A DNA stretch of 64,000 nt from a bacterium (GTDB taxonomy: Bacteria > SAR324 > JACQKK01). Made by a program: the position numbers and the translations under genes. Within the stretch, counting starts at the first letter, position 1. Every line of letters begins with the position of its first letter. Below are positions 36,595 to 46,691 of the stretch, piece by piece. The stretch spans positions 313,117 to 377,116 of the forward strand of contig CBDBIG010000003.1 in the NCBI GenBank assembly GCA_965205845.1, in the 5' to 3' direction. The notes below the pieces were generated by a model that saw only the letters and a program-made list of their open reading frames with translations, was not told where the DNA came from and did not search any database.

Positions 36595-37240
36595 CCCGCG
36601 CACAACATAGGCTAGGCAACACCTTATATAAATTTTTTTGTTTTTATGGCGTAAAAAAATTAAAGCATCGTTATTGCGCTTTTTGTATGTGATGTTTTGC
36701 GCAAGGCTTGGGCGTTGGCGGCTTGGCCACTGTACGCGCGTTTTCTCACATCATTTCAAAATACAGTCAATTAAGAAGCACGCAAGCCTGCTTGCCGCCG
36801 ATATTTCCTTGCGCAAAACACGCCTTTTTACGGCAGCCGAAAAGCGTGAGGTAAAACGCTTGCAACAAGCAAAGGCGCGCGTTGTGCGGACCCATGATGC
36901 TAAAACCCTTGCACCAGTTCGTTCATCTATGGAACCCCTTACGATGACCCACGCACAATTTGGCTATGAGCAGGACCTTAAATGAACTTTTTTTGGTTTT
37001 TATGGCGTAAAGAAATCAAAGCCTCGTTATTGCGCTTTTTGTTTGTGATGTTTTGCGCAGGCTTGGGCGTTGGCGGTTTAGCCACTGTACGCGCGTTTTC
37101 TCACACCATTCAAAATACGGTCAATCAAGAAGCACGCAGCCTGCTTGCCGCCGATATTTCCTTGCGCAAAACGCGCCCTTTTACGGCAGCCGAAAAGCGT
37201 GAGGTAAAACGCTTGCAACAAGCAGGGGCGCGCGTTGTGC
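36530..37240. repeat. ~355-bp tandem duplication spanning the folP 3' end, the intergenic spacer and the first ~85 codons of the downstream FtsX-permease gene
   Basis: Unit 1 is about 36530-36885 and unit 2 about 36886-37240. GTGCG[GT]ACCCATGATG...CACCAGTTCGTTCATCTATGG..., TTTTTATGGCGTAAA[AG]AAATCAAAG...CGCTTTTTGT[AT]TGTGATGTTTTGCGCA...GCCACTGTACGCGCGTTTTCTCACA...CGCTTGCAACAAGCA. About 93% identity. The junction lies at the short homology TTGTGC. Confidence 0.9.
36638..36985 (+). pseudogene. Chimeric ORF created by the 355-bp duplication: N-terminal 80 aa of the FtsX-permease fused to a diverged copy of the FolP C-terminus
   Basis: MFLWRKKIKASLLRFLYVMFCARLG...LLAADISLRKTRLFTAAEKREVKRLQQAKARVVRTHDAKTLAPV. 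Compare the real gene MNFFWFLWRKEIKASLLRFLFVMFCAGLG...LLAADISLRKTRPFTAAEKREVKRLQQAGARVVQ and the FolP end VRTHDVKPLHQFVHLWHTLR. Confidence 0.6.
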
Positions 37241-39516
37241 AAGGCATCCGCTTTTTGTCTTTGGTGCAGCGTCTCGATGCCAATGGCAAGCCTCTTGCCG
37301 CCCGTCTTGCAGGGGTGCGCGGTGTGCAGGCGGGATATCCTTTGTATGGGCGTGTGATTACCGCATCGGGAAAGCCGTTGAGTCAATTGCTCACCAAAGG
37401 GCATGCTTTGGTCGAAGAAAGTTTGCTCTATCAGTTGGACGCCAAGGTAGGCGACACGCTGCGCTTGGGCAAGGTAGAACTTAAAATTGCCGATGTGCTG
37501 ATACGCGAGCCCGATGCCACCGTGCAATTTAGCCGTTTTGCTCCACGCTTACTCATGGGTTTTGAAGAAGCCCAGGCAAGCGGCCTGATTGGGCCCGCCA
37601 GCCGCGTGGTCCGTAACACGCTCATTCGTCTGCCTAAAACACAAGACCCCCACCAACAAGCCGATTCTCTGCGCAAGGCTTTACCCAATCGCTTTTCAAC
37701 CATTCGTACCTACGACCAAGCCCAACCCTTTTTTAGGCGCATCAAACGCACTCTAGAAGACTACCTTAACCTCATTGGCCTTGCGGCTTTACTGCTCTCG
37801 GGCGTGGGCATAGCGGGGGCAGTGCGCGTACACACCTTGCGCAGTGCCAACCCTTACGCACTCTACCGTTGCCTGGGTGCCCCTACCCGTACGCTTTTGG
37901 GTGTACACGTGATGACGGTGGGGTTTTTTGGTATTTTGGGCGGAATCCTGGGCGGCATCATTGGAGGCCTTGCCCAGCAGGTACTTAACCTATGGCTTGG
38001 GGAATTGTTGCCCGTAAAACTGGTGTTTGCTTGGACTCCCCGTTTGTTGATTCCCCCGGTTGTGATGGGCGCGGTGGTTGCCGTTTGGTTTTCGCTTGCA
38101 GCACTGTGGCGCTTAGGCCAAACCCCACCCGTACAAACCCTCCGCCGCGACATTGCCCATGAGGGAGTGCGAGGCTTGTTTCGTTTACCCGAAGCACTGA
38201 CAAGCTTTGCGATGAGCATTGCCTTTGCCTGCGTGATGGTGTGGCTCACCGTGGGGTTTAACACCCTATCGCTTATTTTTATCGGTGCTTTGGCTGCTGC
38301 CATGGTGCTGTGCCCATTGATTGGCTTGGGCCTGATTGCATTGATTCGCGGCTTGCCCTCGGCATGGCCCTTTATTGTACGCCAAGGGGTGGCTTGCCTA
38401 CACCGCCCTGGCAATCAAACTTTAACCATTATTGCCTCGATTGGTTTAGGAGGCTTGGTGTTGTTTACTGCATTACTGTTGCGCAACGATTTACTGCACC
38501 AACTTACCCCTTCGAAGGAGGTTGACCAACCCAATGTGTTTATGGTGGATATTCAACCCAGTCAACGCGAAACTTTTCGCCTTTTGGCCAAAAAACATGG
38601 CCTCGGCAACGCAAATTTAACCCCCATTGTTCGCGGGCGGATTAAGGCTGTAAAAGGCGAACGTGTTAAACCCAACGAAATCGAAAACAGTGACGCACTC
38701 CGCTATTTACGCTTTGAATATGCCATGACGTATCGCGATGCGCTGGGGCAAGACGAAAAATTGCTAAAAGGTACATTTGCCCATGACCCTAGCATTTTAG
38801 GTCCCCAGGTGTCGGTTACCCAATGGTTGGTTGATCACGGCAAATTTGGGATTGGCGACACCATTACCATGGACATTCAAGGGGTTCACGTGAAGGCCAC
38901 CATTACCAGCATTCGCCGTGTCAATTGGCGTAGTCGCCGTGCCAATTACTCTTTGGTGTTTTTGCCAGGAGCACTTGAAGAGGCACCAAAAATTTACCTC
39001 GCCGAAGCTTTTTTGCCCACAGCCCAAGCCAAGGCCAACCTGCGCCGCGATTTGGTGAAAACCCTGCCTAATGTAAGCATGCTCGATATTGAAAGCATTT
39101 TAAAAACCCTTAACCTTGTGCTGGATCGCGCTGCTGCTGCCTTGCGTTTTATGGCGGTGTTTTTGCTCATCATTGGGTTGAGTATTTTGTTTAGCGCAAT
39201 CCTTGCCTCAAGGGTAGTACGCCTAAAAGAGGTGGGTTTGTGGCGTGCCTTGGGATCCAGTCAGCAAACCATTTTGCAGATTACCGCGGTCGAACAAGGC
39301 ATTTTAGGGTTGGCTGCAGGTGCTGTTACCGTTATGGGAGCCAATGTGCTCGCCTGGGCCTTGCTGCGCTTCGTGTTTCATTTCAACTTTCATTTTTCAT
39401 GGGAGCATAGCATGCTGGCCTGGGGCATCACCATTCTTAGCACGACGGCAGGTGGGGTTTTATGCAGTTGGCCTACGCTGCGCGGCACCCCCCTTTCCGT
39501 TTTAAAGGAAGAATAG
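36982..39516 (+). CDS. ABC transporter permease with duplicated FtsX domains (YbbP/MacB-like, about 10 TM)
   Basis: 844 aa. Two FtsX-type 4-TM modules, each preceded by a large extracytoplasmic domain. The N-terminal TM is followed by a MacB-like periplasmic domain. No ATPase domain was found in the window. Confidence 0.75.
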   Translation: MNFFWFLWRKEIKASLLRFLFVMFCAGLGVGGLATVRAFSHTIQNTVNQEARSLLAADISLRKTRPFTAAEKREVKRLQQAGARVVQGIRFLSLVQRLDANGKPLAARLAGVRGVQAGYPLYGRVITASGKPLSQLLTKGHALVEESLLYQLDAKVGDTLRLGKVELKIADVLIREPDATVQFSRFAPRLLMGFEEAQASGLIGPASRVVRNTLIRLPKTQDPHQQADSLRKALPNRFSTIRTYDQAQPFFRRIKRTLEDYLNLIGLAALLLSGVGIAGAVRVHTLRSANPYALYRCLGAPTRTLLGVHVMTVGFFGILGGILGGIIGGLAQQVLNLWLGELLPVKLVFAWTPRLLIPPVVMGAVVAVWFSLAALWRLGQTPPVQTLRRDIAHEGVRGLFRLPEALTSFAMSIAFACVMVWLTVGFNTLSLIFIGALAAAMVLCPLIGLGLIALIRGLPSAWPFIVRQGVACLHRPGNQTLTIIASIGLGGLVLFTALLLRNDLLHQLTPSKEVDQPNVFMVDIQPSQRETFRLLAKKHGLGNANLTPIVRGRIKAVKGERVKPNEIENSDALRYLRFEYAMTYRDALGQDEKLLKGTFAHDPSILGPQVSVTQWLVDHGKFGIGDTITMDIQGVHVKATITSIRRVNWRSRRANYSLVFLPGALEEAPKIYLAEAFLPTAQAKANLRRDLVKTLPNVSMLDIESILKTLNLVLDRAAAALRFMAVFLLIIGLSILFSAILASRVVRLKEVGLWRALGSSQQTILQITAVEQGILGLAAGAVTVMGANVLAWALLRFVFHFNFHFSWEHSMLAWGITILSTTAGGVLCSWPTLRGTPLSVLKEE

Positions 39517-39696
39517 GCACCCTGTTGATGTTGCGCATGGCACCAACCGTTGAAAACGGAGGCTGCTTTAACGCTACCCATAGAAAAAAATCGTAGTGGG
39601 CAAAGAGGGTGCGTACGATCCCCTCTGAACAAGCCAACCAGCACCCATTGCCATGCCTTGATCCATTTTGGTGCACTTTAAAAAGCCTCGTCTGGT

Positions 39697-42600
39697 TCAC
39701 AGGGCATCTGCCAAGCCAACGGGTTGGTATTTCCATGAAACAAAGTGCCTTTGCAACGCAAAGTACACCCCAAGGCAAATGGGCAAACGGGCATCCCACC
39801 GATAAAAGGCATCGCCATAGGCTTGGAGCTGGGCTTTGTGCTCGTCGATTCTTTCTGCAATAAAGGCTTCCAGTTGCACACCTCGCAATTCATGGGTTTG
39901 TCCTTCCACTTTATAGTCTACAATCCAGCGAATTTTCTGATGTACAAAACTGCGATCAAGAATGCGTTTTTTGGGTTGATTGGAACCGTTGGCAACCCAC
40001 AAGGGCATTTCCGTAACTCCTGGACAACGCAATAGCCAGCGTCCATTTGCATCGGTTATCACGTTGTTTAAGGCGTGTTGTACCGTTTGCACCGCTTGGG
40101 TTAAATGGCCTAAATCGACCCCTTGGGCAAGCAAACGCGCCTTGATTTGAGCCTGCAACGCTGCAATTTTGGTGCTGTTCCAGCCCTGCAAACCATCGTT
40201 AGCCATTTGCATTAGCAAAGCATGGACTTCTTCCCCCACCAAGCGGTTGGTATGCCTGGCATGGTCAAAGTCATGGAAACCCAAGGCTTCTTTTACGCTC
40301 GCTTCTTCCTTTGCGCCTTGGGTTTGGGTCCATCTGTCATCCCAAGGGGGATCGGGTAAACCGGGAGGATAATCGACGCACTGCCACCCAAGGTTAAGGC
40401 GTTGAAGCATGCGGGGGGTGGCTTCTGCGGGTTGATCCGTTGTTTGGGCGGCAAAGGGGGGCTGCGTCTTGGCTTCATGTGTTGCGCTGAGGGAGTCTGG
40501 TACGCTGTTTTTAATGGCTTTTTCTTCGCCACCATCCCACAGGAAGCGTAGAAATGAGCCTTGTTCAGGCAGGTTTTTTCCTGGTCCTTGGGGTGCTGCA
40601 ACCTTGAGTTCCCCGCCCAGCAAAATATGTTTTTTGGCACGGGTAACAGCCACATACAACAAGCGTAGGGCCTCGTTTGCCTGGCGTTGTTTGTCGCGTT
40701 GCGCCAACCATTCATATAAGCTGGGCTCTTTTTGAGCCGCTGCGTCATATGCGTTAGGACGCGGTGCCATGAACACCGCCTGTGCCAGGAGGTTTGGTGT
40801 GGGTTGCTTGTGCGCCAGGGAGTCACCCGGGGTGTCATCCATGCTCGTGTTAAGCGCACCTTTTTCCCAGCGCAGCACAGAGGTATCGCTGTTCTTTACC
40901 CCAAAATGCAAACCAGGCAGCACCACCACATCAAATTCGGTCCCCTTGGCTTTGTGTATGCTCATTACCTGCACCTGTTGTAAACTACTCGGCTGGTTGG
41001 GGGCATACACCTTGGCGAGGCGCGCCTCTAAGGCATAAGGCCAAGGGAGTTCTCCACCTTGTAGGGGTTTTTCAAGTTGAGCAAAGCAGGCTTGCACAGT
41101 GTGCAATGCTTGGGTTTGTATCGTGATATTAGGGTTTTGGAGTGTTGCGGGACCATTAAGAGCCAGCCAGCATCCTTCGACCCAATCGCGCAGGGCAAGG
41201 CGCTCACGCAGGACGAAAGCCGCTTTAAATGCATGCAGCACGGGCTGAATACGTGCGCGGCCATCGAGGCTTAAGGTGGCCTGCACTGCGGGGTTTTGCA
41301 GCCTTTCGTACACGCTTAACAGCGTTGTATCATGGCCGTTGTGGACAGATGGGCAGATTTGATGCAAATCGCTGAGGCACAAACCACACCAAGGGGCACG
41401 CAACACAGCCATCCATGCAATGGCATCATCTGGTAGGTAAAGGGCATGTACCAAGCTTGAAATATCAAGGGCTTCTTGTTGCGTGCCCAAGGTTTCAAGG
41501 TCAACCCCCTGGTATGCTATCCTATGCAAACGCATGGCTTGCAAAAAGGGTTGTACGTGCTTTCGGGTACGAAACAACACAGCCACACGGGGTGTTTGCT
41601 GGTGCAAGGTGGTGTCTTGCTGCATGCAACTTTGCAAGCGCATCGCCAATTGTTGCGCCCAATCAGGGGGCGCATGGCTCGGTGTAGCCTCTCGGTTTGG
41701 GGTGCATACATAGGCGATGCATGGCGTGTGCGGGTGGTTCCTTGGCGGGATACTGGTTTGTGGAGGCATGGCTTGGGCAAAGCGAATGGCACCCAACGCT
41801 GCATATTGTTTTGCGGGAGACATCTGCTCAAATATCCGATTTGTCCAGCGAATAAGGGCAGGGCTGGAGCGAAAATTGACTTGCAAGCGTAAAAACTGGG
41901 GTTTAACCTGGCCTAAGCCATGGTCAATCACATGTAAAAATACCGCCACCTCAGCGCCCCGAAAGCGATAAATGGCCTGCATGGGGTCGCCCACCAAAAA
42001 TAAACTATTCTCCTGGCCGTCGTTAAAATGGCGGGTAAGCAAAGTGAGAAGTTGCAACTGGGTGTGGGAGGTATCTTGAAACTCATCCACCAGCAAATGG
42101 TGCAAACCCGTTTTTCCAAAGGCGTGAAGAAAAGGTGCTTCATCCAGTACAAGCAAAGCATCTTGGGTAATTTGCAGGTAATCAATGCCCCCTTCTTGCG
42201 CAAACAATGCTTGCAGGCATTGGTTGGCATGCCACGCCATGCGCATGATGGCTTGCAGCTCTTGCCCTTGTACTTTTGCAAAAGGTGGGGCGCAATAGTG
42301 TCTTACATCACTTAAGCCTGCAACCGCATGCGGCACAGCAGCCAATTGTTTGAGCAGAAGCTTCATTTCTCGTTTGGCTTGCTCGCCTGCGCCCCCCCCC
42401 ATTTGTTTATTGAGGTAGCCGAGGTTTTTGTCGAGATTTTTTCGTACCCTACCTGCTTGGGTGAGTAAAAAAGCCGCCCAACTGCGCCATAGGCCAAGGC
42501 ATTGTTGCAGCCCTTGGTAAAACTGGGTGGGTGTTTGAAAATCACTGTCCTTGGGTGTTTGAGGCCAGTTATCAACTTTGGCCAAAGCCGTTAAGAGCGA

Positions 42601-43497
42601 TGGTTCATTCCCTTGTTCGGTTAAAATACGCACGGCCCGCTGTGCTTGCTGCGCAAAGGCTTGGCCCAGATGGGTTTGTTCCAAGGTTTGTTCCAAGGTC
42701 CCCAACGATTGCTGTAGCCAGTAAGCCCATGCTTGGTTGTGCTGTTGGAGCCACTCACGCCATGGTTGCGCGTTTGGCGTGTTTTTGGTGTTGCTGGCAT
42801 GAGGGCTTAACATGCCAAGCCACTGATCGCGGGTTCTTAGCATATGGGCCAGCATGCTGGCTGCTTGCATGTACTGGTTGTCCATGTAATCCAAAAAAGA
42901 TCCCGCTGCTTGAGACAACGGACCCTCCTTTTCCAGCGCACTCAAAGCCTGCATGGCTGCGCGTTGATACAGCAATTCGGAATCATCAAGTACCGTGTTG
43001 CTGCCGCTTGTTTTACGCTGAAAAGGGGCACTGCGTACAATGTGGGAGCACAGGGAATCGATGGTTTGAATGCGCAAGCGATGTGGCATTTCCAGCAGTT
43101 GCCAGTTTTTTTCTTGGTTGCGTGTATACGCTGCCAGGGCTAGTTGCTGGCGCCCTTGTTCTTGGGTACTAGGTTTGGCAGCGGCATCTTTGGAGTGGGA
43201 TTGAGGCACCCCCTCTTGTAAAGCGTTCAATACACGCTGGCGCATTTCGGCAGCAGCTTTTTTGCTAAAGGTAATGGCCAGTACGTGCTCTGGCTCTTCC
43301 ACCTGTGCCAGCAATGCCAACACGCGCTGGATAAGAAGCTCGGTTTTACCCGAACCTGCTGGAGCTTGTACAATAAACGAGTGCTTGGTGCAGAGTGCTT
43401 GTTGGCGCAGCGCATCATCAGGAGAAGCCTGGGCTGGTATATCAGCAGTGCGCGAGTACGTCGTGTGTTGGGTGTCCTTGTTTTGCATATCGCTCAT
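39697..43497 (-). CDS. addA: ATP-dependent helicase/nuclease subunit A (AddA; UvrD-family helicase plus C-terminal RecB-type nuclease)
   Basis: Walker A FIVQAPAGSGKTELLIQRVLALL, UvrD-like motifs, and the C-terminal nuclease motif ILDRSFVHQKIRWIVDYKVEGQ (G-x-ID-x... IVDYK). 1266 aa. The start overlaps the addB stop by 4 bp. Carries a C9 tract at 42392-42400. Confidence 0.85.
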   Translation of the reverse strand: MSDMQNKDTQHTTYSRTADIPAQASPDDALRQQALCTKHSFIVQAPAGSGKTELLIQRVLALLAQVEEPEHVLAITFSKKAAAEMRQRVLNALQEGVPQSHSKDAAAKPSTQEQGRQQLALAAYTRNQEKNWQLLEMPHRLRIQTIDSLCSHIVRSAPFQRKTSGSNTVLDDSELLYQRAAMQALSALEKEGPLSQAAGSFLDYMDNQYMQAASMLAHMLRTRDQWLGMLSPHASNTKNTPNAQPWREWLQQHNQAWAYWLQQSLGTLEQTLEQTHLGQAFAQQAQRAVRILTEQGNEPSLLTALAKVDNWPQTPKDSDFQTPTQFYQGLQQCLGLWRSWAAFLLTQAGRVRKNLDKNLGYLNKQMGGGAGEQAKREMKLLLKQLAAVPHAVAGLSDVRHYCAPPFAKVQGQELQAIMRMAWHANQCLQALFAQEGGIDYLQITQDALLVLDEAPFLHAFGKTGLHHLLVDEFQDTSHTQLQLLTLLTRHFNDGQENSLFLVGDPMQAIYRFRGAEVAVFLHVIDHGLGQVKPQFLRLQVNFRSSPALIRWTNRIFEQMSPAKQYAALGAIRFAQAMPPQTSIPPRNHPHTPCIAYVCTPNREATPSHAPPDWAQQLAMRLQSCMQQDTTLHQQTPRVAVLFRTRKHVQPFLQAMRLHRIAYQGVDLETLGTQQEALDISSLVHALYLPDDAIAWMAVLRAPWCGLCLSDLHQICPSVHNGHDTTLLSVYERLQNPAVQATLSLDGRARIQPVLHAFKAAFVLRERLALRDWVEGCWLALNGPATLQNPNITIQTQALHTVQACFAQLEKPLQGGELPWPYALEARLAKVYAPNQPSSLQQVQVMSIHKAKGTEFDVVVLPGLHFGVKNSDTSVLRWEKGALNTSMDDTPGDSLAHKQPTPNLLAQAVFMAPRPNAYDAAAQKEPSLYEWLAQRDKQRQANEALRLLYVAVTRAKKHILLGGELKVAAPQGPGKNLPEQGSFLRFLWDGGEEKAIKNSVPDSLSATHEAKTQPPFAAQTTDQPAEATPRMLQRLNLGWQCVDYPPGLPDPPWDDRWTQTQGAKEEASVKEALGFHDFDHARHTNRLVGEEVHALLMQMANDGLQGWNSTKIAALQAQIKARLLAQGVDLGHLTQAVQTVQHALNNVITDANGRWLLRCPGVTEMPLWVANGSNQPKKRILDRSFVHQKIRWIVDYKVEGQTHELRGVQLEAFIAERIDEHKAQLQAYGDAFYRWDARLPICLGVYFALQRHFVSWKYQPVGLADAL

Positions 43498-46400
43498 TTT
43501 AAAAAAATGCCTTCTTGGGTATTTTCTGAGTCACCAAGATGGCTTTTTTTGGGTGTGCCCAGGGGGCCTTCTTTGGCTTTTATGCGGCAAAAAGCCGTAA
43601 AATCGCAATACTCGCAGGCGTCGTCTTGAGGATCGACCTGCGCTGCCCCTCGAGAAAATTGTTTCACGCTTTTTTCAAATGCCTGTTGCCAACGTGCCAA
43701 CAGTGCTGGCTGTGTAGGCCATGGGTTTTTACCCCAGGTGCTTACTTTGTTGCCAAACAAACTGTCTTTGAATGTGACCTCACTCAAGCCAATCATCTCC
43801 ATGCCTTTGCGGTGCAGTTTGGCAAAAGCAAGTGCCATCAGGGGTTTTTGCTGCTGCGCTGGCTGTTGTGCTTGTTTTTGGAGCCAGGCCAAGGCATAAA
43901 GGGGCAGTTGGGGTTGGGTAATGCGTTCCTCGTTCTGCCATGAATGAAGGGGCAGTGTTTCTCCCGTTTTATAGTCCAGCAACACGGCAGCCTCAACCGC
44001 TTCTTGTGCATTCGATTCAAGGCTGCATTCTACGTAGTCCAAGCGGTCGAGACGTAGGCTTAAGGGCAAGCCAACCACGCTAAAGTCCAGTTTTTCCTCT
44101 TGCTTGCCTACACAAAAATCGCCCCTTTCCATGGCTTCTTTTTCCAACCATGCTGTGAGCAAACGGGTGATACGTTTGCCTTCCAAGCGTGCGGCGGCGG
44201 GAGAAAGCATCACGGTTTTTTTGCTTGCCTGTGCTTCGCTCGGTTTAGCTTGTGCTGCGGGGTCTGCGGGGTCTGCGGGGTCTGCGGGGTCTGCGGGGTC
44301 TGCGGGGTCTGCGGGGTCTGCGGGGTCTGCGGGGTCTGCGGGGTTGCTTACGCGAATAACACGCCCAATGGTGCGTTCCAAGGCTTGCTTAAAAGCCAAA
44401 GGTTTGGCAAGGAGGGCTCGTAATTCGCTTTGGCTTTGGGCCGCATCGTGCCAAAAAATTTCCAACACCCAGTGCACAATATTGCCTCGGGTCAGTGCGT
44501 CCAAACCTGTTTGCGCAAGGGTTTTTTTTTGGAGCATCAGGCGGTGCCTTGCAAAACTGCGAAAAGGGCAGAGCGCAATATCTTGGAGCAAACTTGCACC
44601 ACCCTTTAGGGTAGACACATCAATGGGCGGCCCGTTGGAATCGGGGCATGACTGCCAAGGCGAATGGCTTTGGGCATGGTCCAACATGGCCATCCATGCC
44701 GTGTGGGGGGGTGTCGGCATGGCACCTTTGGTGACGATAGGAGGGGGGGTGATGGTTTGCAGCAAGGAGCTGGGTCTGCGCTCCTCTTCGCTATCTAACT
44801 GCTGGGTTGCGTGGCTAATAACCACCTGCTTGGCGCTATGCAACAAGCGCGTCAGGCTCATTTTTCCCAGTGCAAGTTCACGGGCAGCACTTGAGCGTGG
44901 CATCTGATGGTCGCGTTGAAAAGCAAGGGGTAGCAAAGCATGCGGCATGGGCGGGGGAGGCCAGTGTTGATCATCAAAGCCCAACACCCATAGGTGGTCA
45001 AAAAAGAGACCGCTAGCCTGCCATGGTCCTAAAATATGGAGGCTTGCTTCGAATCCCTCGGCTTGAAAGGGGGTTTCTGCAACGATCCGTTGTAACCATG
45101 CAAACGCTTGGTTTGCAGACCATAGGTTCGTCGTTTGTGTATTTTGGATTCCATCGAGGGTGGAAAATACCTGCAACGCCTTTAAAAATCTCTTTTTTGC
45201 CTGTGCCTCGGTACTGTTAAGACCGCCCTCGGTTTGGCTCCCGTTTTTGGAAAAACCCAAGGTCCAACCCGCTGTGTGCAACAGGTTTAAAAAAAAATGC
45301 GCCCATTGCGAGGGCATTTTGTGCGTTGTTTGGGCCAATTGCCACGCATTTTTCCAAGCTTGCATTGGTTGGCACCATGTCTGCAGTTCTACCCCCGAAC
45401 GTTGCGCTTGTTGCAGCACATGGCGCACTGAAAACGGCTCAACCCAGGTGGCCAAAAAACGATGCGCAAACCGTGCACGCGGAATGCGTTCGGCGGTGGC
45501 ACCCACAATAAATGGGCTTGTAACCCACTGCACAAAATGCTTGGCACTGCGTGCAACCAAAGGGGATTGCAACAAGAGCAAGGCCGCTTGGACCAACCCT
45601 TGCTCGCTGAGTGGTGGTGCATAGGAAAGGTTAAAGGGCTTGGCTGCACCTGCCTCGGTTGCATGGGTAATCAGGGTTTTGATGGGGGATAAATACTGTG
45701 TACAGACCGTGTGCACCCGTTGCCATTCTTCTTGCAGATTGGGGTGGATAATCGCAATTTTTTGCTTTGGGTTTTTTTGGGATAAGTCACGTGCCCAAAG
45801 CAGTGCTCCCTCTAATTCCTTTTGCGAGTTTGAATACGGATGCACGGTAGGAGGGTTTGCCAACGGCGGTGGTGCTTGCCTTTGGGGTTGTGGCTCGGCT
45901 TGGGCGCGGGGTAGGGCAAGCCAAGTGCTAGCTGGCACGTTCACGGGGACCCACTCCACCACCACTTGTAGAGTACGCAATGCATCAAACAACCGCTCTT
46001 GCTGCGGGGTCAAGACATCAAACCCGCAGAGCACCATGTTGGTGGGCAACATAAACCCAAAGCCTTGGGTACTACCTTGTTCTCCAAGGTAATGTTCCCT
46101 TTCCAAAGCATGCACCACCAAACTGGCTACCTGTTCTTGACTACACCACCCTTGGGTATGCATTGCTTGCCCAAAAGCCAATGCCCAATTGACAAAAACC
46201 TTGGCTTCCAATTGCAACGTATGGGCAAAGGCTTCCTTTGCATGGGGCTGTAAAAACGCTCCTATGGTGGTATTCCAGCCCACAACATGCCACTCGCATA
46301 GCAAACCCCATGCTTGCTGTGCCAAGGCAGCGGCTTTGGCTGGTGTTAAGGGCTTATGAGTCGTCGTTGGGTTATGCAGGGGTGTTGTGCGGGAATTACG

Positions 46401-46691
46401 TGTATTGGCAACGTTCCATCCGCAACGTGCAATTACTTGCTCCCACATAAGCCGTTCTTGCCACATATCCAAGGGCCATGGGGCTACATGCTGCGCGTCG
46501 AATCGGCCCAAGCGCAGTGCTTGCCACAGGCTACGTACCCATTCGTGCCAAACCACAATGTAAGAATCTTCCCAAACCCGCAGGCCTGCTTGGTATTTTT
46601 GCGCGTCATATTGTGTGGTGAGTTCATGCTGCAAACGCTTATTTGCAGTGAGTGTGAGCGTGGTTTGTGGGCGTTTTTGGAAGGCTTCCAT
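43494..46691 (-). CDS. addB: ATP-dependent helicase/nuclease subunit B (AddB) with Fe-S-stapled PD-(D/E)xK nuclease domain
   Basis: C-terminal AAVLLDYKTGE nuclease motif, and the cysteine cluster DDACEYCDFTAFCRIK typical of the AddB iron-sulfur staple. 1065 aa. Contains the in-frame PAD x9 repeat and two 9-nt A/T homopolymers. Confidence 0.8.
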   Translation of the reverse strand: MEAFQKRPQTTLTLTANKRLQHELTTQYDAQKYQAGLRVWEDSYIVVWHEWVRSLWQALRLGRFDAQHVAPWPLDMWQERLMWEQVIARCGWNVANTRNSRTTPLHNPTTTHKPLTPAKAAALAQQAWGLLCEWHVVGWNTTIGAFLQPHAKEAFAHTLQLEAKVFVNWALAFGQAMHTQGWCSQEQVASLVVHALEREHYLGEQGSTQGFGFMLPTNMVLCGFDVLTPQQERLFDALRTLQVVVEWVPVNVPASTWLALPRAQAEPQPQRQAPPPLANPPTVHPYSNSQKELEGALLWARDLSQKNPKQKIAIIHPNLQEEWQRVHTVCTQYLSPIKTLITHATEAGAAKPFNLSYAPPLSEQGLVQAALLLLQSPLVARSAKHFVQWVTSPFIVGATAERIPRARFAHRFLATWVEPFSVRHVLQQAQRSGVELQTWCQPMQAWKNAWQLAQTTHKMPSQWAHFFLNLLHTAGWTLGFSKNGSQTEGGLNSTEAQAKKRFLKALQVFSTLDGIQNTQTTNLWSANQAFAWLQRIVAETPFQAEGFEASLHILGPWQASGLFFDHLWVLGFDDQHWPPPPMPHALLPLAFQRDHQMPRSSAARELALGKMSLTRLLHSAKQVVISHATQQLDSEEERRPSSLLQTITPPPIVTKGAMPTPPHTAWMAMLDHAQSHSPWQSCPDSNGPPIDVSTLKGGASLLQDIALCPFRSFARHRLMLQKKTLAQTGLDALTRGNIVHWVLEIFWHDAAQSQSELRALLAKPLAFKQALERTIGRVIRVSNPADPADPADPADPADPADPADPADPADPAAQAKPSEAQASKKTVMLSPAAARLEGKRITRLLTAWLEKEAMERGDFCVGKQEEKLDFSVVGLPLSLRLDRLDYVECSLESNAQEAVEAAVLLDYKTGETLPLHSWQNEERITQPQLPLYALAWLQKQAQQPAQQQKPLMALAFAKLHRKGMEMIGLSEVTFKDSLFGNKVSTWGKNPWPTQPALLARWQQAFEKSVKQFSRGAAQVDPQDDACEYCDFTAFCRIKAKEGPLGTPKKSHLGDSENTQEGIFLK
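44259..44339. repeat. 9-bp microsatellite (GGGGTCTGC) x9 inside addB, in frame (encodes PADPADPAD... on the minus strand)
   Basis: Read directly. 9 perfect units. The ORF track shows PADPADPADPADPADPADPADPADPA within AddB. Confidence 0.95.
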
